Shown here: positions 28,746-32,283 of the stretch, in pieces
Layout: every line of letters begins with the position of its first letter
Position numbering within the stretch: position 1 is the first letter of the stretch
NCBI GenBank assembly: GCA_903907185.1
Contig: CAIVND010000243.1
Coordinates: 1 to 32,283 of the forward strand
DNA from: an uncultured Acidimicrobiaceae bacterium
GTDB taxonomy: Bacteria; Actinomycetota; Acidimicrobiia; Acidimicrobiales; Bog-793
DNA length: 32,283 bases
Direction of reading: 5' to 3'
Translations under genes and position numbers: made by a program
The notes under the pieces: generated by a model
Told to the model about the DNA's origin: nothing
The model's input: only the letters and a program-made list of their open reading frames with translations
Database searches by the model: none

Positions 28746-29224
28746 GACCCTCCGATCGATCCGCTCGATGCAGCGAGAAGTTCCAGCTCGCGCATCCACC
28801 TGTCGCAGTTGGTCACGAGAAGCGCAGCTCTTCCATCGCGTTCGGTTGTGAGAGTGATGTGGAGGGCACGATCGTCATAGCGACTCCCGAGTCGCTCTCC
28901 CCACTCGATGACTGCGACCCAGCCATCGTCAAGGAGCTCATCGAGTGCGAGCTCATCGAGTTCGGATTCACTTTCCATTCGCCAACAGTCAACGTGAGCG
29001 ATCGGGGGGATCGAGTCATACTGATGACAGAGAGCAAAACTGGGACTCGTCACGTCGATGCTCTCATCCAAAGCGCCCATCAGGCCCTTTACCAGGGTGG
29101 TCTTTCCAGCTCCAAGGTCGCCCGTGAGGAGAACAACATCGCCCGGCAAAAGTCGAGGTGCAAGCACCTCGCCAAGGATCTTTGTCCACCGCTCATCTGC
29201 AAGCAAGAGTACGAGTTCGTTCAT
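28739..29224 (-). CDS. tsaE: tRNA threonylcarbamoyladenosine biosynthesis ATPase TsaE (YjeE)
   Basis: Motifs: LTGDLGAGKTTLVKGL (Walker A), SPSFAL, HVDCWR, VIEWGE. Confidence 0.9.
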   Translation of the reverse strand: MNELVLLLADERWTKILGEVLAPRLLPGDVVLLTGDLGAGKTTLVKGLMGALDESIDVTSPSFALCHQYDSIPPIAHVDCWRMESESELDELALDELLDDGWVAVIEWGERLGSRYDDRALHITLTTERDGRAALLVTNCDRWMRELELLAASSGSIGGSC

Positions 29225-29240
29225 GGCTACATCGTTTTTT

Positions 29241-29813
29241 TCATTGTTCGGTGATCTTCCTGAGCAGTTCTGCAGCGTAGCGAAAATCTTCTCGGAGAAG
29301 ACCCATCACCTTTTGGCCGCCTCGAAGCGCCGCCGCAGGATGGAAACTCGGGATCACCAGGTAACGTCCACGATCAACGACCTTTCCACGAAGAGTTGTG
29401 ATTCCCTCATTGGTCGAGAGAAGCGATCGAGTCGCGAAGTTTCCAAGCGGCATGATGATCTGTGGGGCAACGAGTTCAATTTGGCCTTTGAGATAGTGCT
29501 GACAGGTCAGTACTTCGACCCTGGTTGGATTGCGATTGTCTGGAGGTCGACATTTGACAACATTTGAGATGAAACACCAATCACGCGATCTCCCAAACTC
29601 CTCTTCGAGCAGCGTCGTGACCAAGCGCCCCGACCTTCCAACAAACGGGAGCCCGGAAAGGTCCTCATCCCGTCCCGGCGCCTCGCCCACGATCATCAGA
29701 CTGGCTCGTTCGCTACCCGATCCAAAAACCACCTTGGTGCGCGTGCGATGCAGGTCACAGGCAACACATCCCAATGCCTCAATTCGGAGCTCGCTCAATG
29801 TTGCCTTGGCCAT
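29241..29813 (-). CDS. Family-4 uracil-DNA glycosylase (Fe-S type)
   Basis: I trimmed the ORF to the ATG at 29813, 5 nt after the alr stop. The longer track ORF to 30074 runs through alr in another frame. Motifs: [30 protein letters not shown] (motif A), [29 protein letters not shown] (motif B). The Cys residues are placed as in the 4Fe-4S family-4 enzymes. Confidence 0.85.
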   Translation of the reverse strand: MAKATLSELRIEALGCVACDLHRTRTKVVFGSGSERASLMIVGEAPGRDEDLSGLPFVGRSGRLVTTLLEEEFGRSRDWCFISNVVKCRPPDNRNPTRVEVLTCQHYLKGQIELVAPQIIMPLGNFATRSLLSTNEGITTLRGKVVDRGRYLVIPSFHPAAALRGGQKVMGLLREDFRYAAELLRKITEQ

Positions 29814-29818
29814 ATCGG

Positions 29819-30979
29819 CTAGCTCGCAGAGATCGGAATGACGACTCTTGGCACTCTCGGTCCGATCGCACAGAGGATCTCGTAAACAATTGTGCCTACT
29901 TTTGTTGCCCACTCCTGTGCGGTGATCTCGTCGGTCCCCTGATATCCAAGCAAGACAACCTCGTCGCCCACGACTACCTCTCCAGTTGTTCCGCACTCCA
30001 CCATGATCTGGTCCATCGTTACGTTGCCGATGATCTTGCGGCGTCTCCCTCGAATGAGAACTTCGCCCCCACATCTTCCGAGATTTCTAGGAACACCATC
30101 GGCATAGCCGATAGGTACCACCGCCACATCACCTGCCTCTTTGAGTTCGGTGATGCGACCATAACTTGGTCGTTCCCCCGCGTCGAGTGGTCGCACAAAG
30201 GCGACCTGTGCCTTTAACGACAGCACCGGCGCAAGCGAGACTTGCGAACTTGGGACAAGCGAACTCTCGGGGAGATATCCATAGAGCGCGATCCCGCAAC
30301 GAACCCAATCACGTCGAGAACCAGGATGCGCGAGCGCTCCCGCGCTATTGGCAAGATGGTGAATTGGAGCAGTGATACCGAACTCGCGAAGTGCCTGCAC
30401 GGTCGCGTCAAAGAGTGCAATCTGTATCGCCGTGTAGGGATCGTCAGGATCATCTGCCACGCTGAAGTGTGTCCAAATTCCCTCAAGCAGGAGATCATCG
30501 CCATCGAGGATGGCTGTTGCAAGCGAGAGGACATCCTGCGGATCGGCACCGACGCGGTGCATACCGGTGTCGATCTTGAGGTGCACCGCAACCGCTTGAC
30601 CATTTGCCGCCGCTGCTTCGCGGGCCGATACAACACCCTGTGCTGAATAAAGCGTTGGCGTAATCTGTGCCTGTATCGCCGCTCGCATGCCGCGATTACT
30701 TGGCTCGGAAAGAACCAAGATCGGTGCCGTGATGCCTGCCTCTCGCAGCGCAAGTCCCTCCTCGACGAGGGCGACCGCGAGGCGGGTAGCGCCTGCACGC
30801 AACACCTCCTCAGCAACGACGACAGCACTGTGTCCATATCCATCAGCCTTGACAACAGCACAGAGCTCTGCCGGATGAACGAGGTCGATGATCGAACGAA
30901 CATTGTGAGCCAAGGCGTTGGAGTCGATCTCTGCCCATGCAGGTCGAAATACTCCAAGAGTTGAATGTTGATCACTCAT
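29819..30979 (-). CDS. alr: Alanine racemase
   Basis: I trimmed the ORF to the ATG at 30979, which avoids overlap with nnr. Motifs: [24 protein letters not shown] (PLP Lys), [30 protein letters not shown]. Confidence 0.93.
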   Translation of the reverse strand: MSDQHSTLGVFRPAWAEIDSNALAHNVRSIIDLVHPAELCAVVKADGYGHSAVVVAEEVLRAGATRLAVALVEEGLALREAGITAPILVLSEPSNRGMRAAIQAQITPTLYSAQGVVSAREAAAANGQAVAVHLKIDTGMHRVGADPQDVLSLATAILDGDDLLLEGIWTHFSVADDPDDPYTAIQIALFDATVQALREFGITAPIHHLANSAGALAHPGSRRDWVRCGIALYGYLPESSLVPSSQVSLAPVLSLKAQVAFVRPLDAGERPSYGRITELKEAGDVAVVPIGYADGVPRNLGRCGGEVLIRGRRRKIIGNVTMDQIMVECGTTGEVVVGDEVVLLGYQGTDEITAQEWATKVGTIVYEILCAIGPRVPRVVIPISAS

Positions 30980-30992
30980 CGCTGCGGTGATC

Positions 30993-32283
30993 TCATTTAC
31001 GATCTCGAGAACCCGCGAGTGGGTGCACAAACAGAGCAATAGCGTTGGCGATCAGTTGCGGCAGATCGGAGGCGATCAGACTCCCCGACCTCGCCATGGA
31101 TCCCGCCCTACCGTGCAGGTGTGCGCCAAATGCCGCGGCGTGCATCGGTGTCAAACCCTGCGCAAGAAGCGCTCCGATAACACCACTAAGGACATCACCC
31201 GTCCCAGCTGTTGCAAGCGCGCTTGTCCCGGAGTTGACCAACAGCGTTGGCCCAGTCGGTCCAGCCACGATGGTCGTCGCTCCCTTCAAGAGGACAACGG
31301 CGCCGGTGAGCTCGGCAAGCTCACGGGCACTTGAAATCCGATCGTCTCCTGGTGTCCGTCCGAGGAGTCGAGCGAATTCACCATCGTGTGGCGTCAGCAC
31401 AACCTTCTTGTTACGGGGAAAGAGGATTGGATCTCCCTTTGCGACCCGGCCAAGGGCGTTGAGACCATCGGCGTCGATCACCATCGGGATCTCTGTCTGC
31501 GCGATGATTTCGCGGATCTCACCGACGACGTGCGCGTCGCCTCCGAGTCCTGGTCCAATGATGAGTGAATGTGCTCGATGAAGTTCATCTTCAATCACTA
31601 CCGCTGCGCCCTGCAGAGGAAGGTTAAGTGAGACCGCTTCGATCACGTCAAACTCGGTTGCGCTGACACCTGGCGCACCGAGGCGCACCATGCTCGCGCC
31701 AGCTCGGAGCGCACTAAGTGAACTGAGATGCGCTGCTCCGGTCATGCCAGGAGATCCTGCGACAATCACGACCGCTCGTTTCCATTTGTGTGCACTGTGG
31801 TCGCGAACGGGGATGGAGCCAAAGAGATCTGAATCTTCAACGAGCCAGATGTCACTCTTGTCGATCTCAAGGCCGATTGGATCGAGGACTACCTCACCCG
31901 CGTGATCGGGTCCATCTGCAAAGAGAAGTCCGGGTTTGTGAGCCCCAAAGGTAATCGTGACATCTGCTCTGACCGCTCCGGGACAGGCGATGCCCGTCAC
32001 GCCATCAACACCGCTAGGTATATCGATTGCAAGAACCAACGAATGATCCGCGACATTGGGTGCGCTATAAGAGCCATGAAATCCCGTGCCAAATGCCGCA
32101 TCGATCGTGAGATCGACTGCGGGTAGCGATTCAGGACAATCTGCCACCTCGATGACCATGACCTTCGCACCTCGAGCGGTCAGATGGTGGCCAGCCGATC
32201 GCCCGTCATCGCCGTTGTGGCCTTTACCAACAACAATCGCGATAGCCCTGCCATACAGTCCGCCGAGCATCTTGTGCGCGACC
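30993..32283 (-). CDS. nnr: Bifunctional NAD(P)H-hydrate repair enzyme (epimerase + ADP-dependent dehydratase); the 5' end lies beyond the right edge
   Basis: The reading frame stays open to the window edge. The YjeF_N motif is IVVGKGHNGDDG. The C-terminal kinase-fold half carries GSPGMTGAAHLS, VIDADGL, LTPHDGEF, LKGATT and GTGDVLSGVIGALLAQG. Confidence 0.88.
   Translation of the reverse strand, partial: VAHKMLGGLYGRAIAIVVGKGHNGDDGRSAGHHLTARGAKVMVIEVADCPESLPAVDLTIDAAFGTGFHGSYSAPNVADHSLVLAIDIPSGVDGVTGIACPGAVRADVTITFGAHKPGLLFADGPDHAGEVVLDPIGLEIDKSDIWLVEDSDLFGSIPVRDHSAHKWKRAVVIVAGSPGMTGAAHLSSLSALRAGASMVRLGAPGVSATEFDVIEAVSLNLPLQGAAVVIEDELHRAHSLIIGPGLGGDAHVVGEIREIIAQTEIPMVIDADGLNALGRVAKGDPILFPRNKKVVLTPHDGEFARLLGRTPGDDRISSARELAELTGAVVLLKGATTIVAGPTGPTLLVNSGTSALATAGTGDVLSGVIGALLAQGLTPMHAAAFGAHLHGRAGSMARSGSLIASDLPQLIANAIALFVHPLAGSRDRK

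Noticed and set aside
29814-30074. N-terminal extensions offered by the ORF track.

Extended starts in the track:
- UDG to 30074
- alr to 31039
- groES to 26384
- metF to 4958
- Nudix to 24372
- tsaB to 28799
- rimI to 28083
- sucC to 12347
- LysR from 516
- nitroreductase to 2043
   Set aside because: The extensions overlap the upstream gene or a terminator or CIRCE element, and they lack family-typical sequence. In each case an internal start gives the canonical N-terminus, usually with a Shine-Dalgarno sequence or an ATGA/GTGA junction.

Overview
The window reads as a compact core-chromosome stretch with Actinomycetota-type gene order and mid GC content (GC judged by eye, not computed). I support 29 protein-coding genes, 27 of them on the minus strand. 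Intergenic gaps are very short and many stop/start codons overlap (ATGA or GTGA).

Gene content, left to right:
- A partial M24/creatinase-like gene divergent from a LysR regulator.
- An F420-type nitroreductase, a crotonase-family gene and mdh.
- metF, folD, a GT-C membrane protein, purH and purN.
- A GNAT gene, sucD and sucC.
- A second GT-C membrane protein on the plus strand.
- pcrA/uvrD and guaA.
- A YfhO-like membrane protein, guaB3, a DUF2142-like membrane protein and a Nudix gene.
- groEL and groES, preceded by two CIRCE operators.
- tsaD, rimI, tsaB and tsaE.
- A family-4 uracil-DNA glycosylase, alr, and a partial nnr.

I found no rRNA, tRNA, CRISPR array, transposase or integrase, and no recognisable defence or toxin-antitoxin system.

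What housekeeping annotation does not explain:
1. Four unrelated polytopic membrane proteins that look like GT-C glycosyltransferases are wedged, some translationally coupled, between purine, folate and GMP genes. No lipid-sugar donor synthase or flippase lies nearby. Two of the four bracket the catalytically dead IMPDH paralogue guaB3.
2. The palindrome CGATCG (and GATC generally) is strongly enriched in all codon phases and in non-coding DNA.
3. There are several smaller oddities: a GNAT coupled to sucD, a UDG between alr and tsaE, and two unexplained spacers.

All family calls come from motif recognition by eye. No searches were run.
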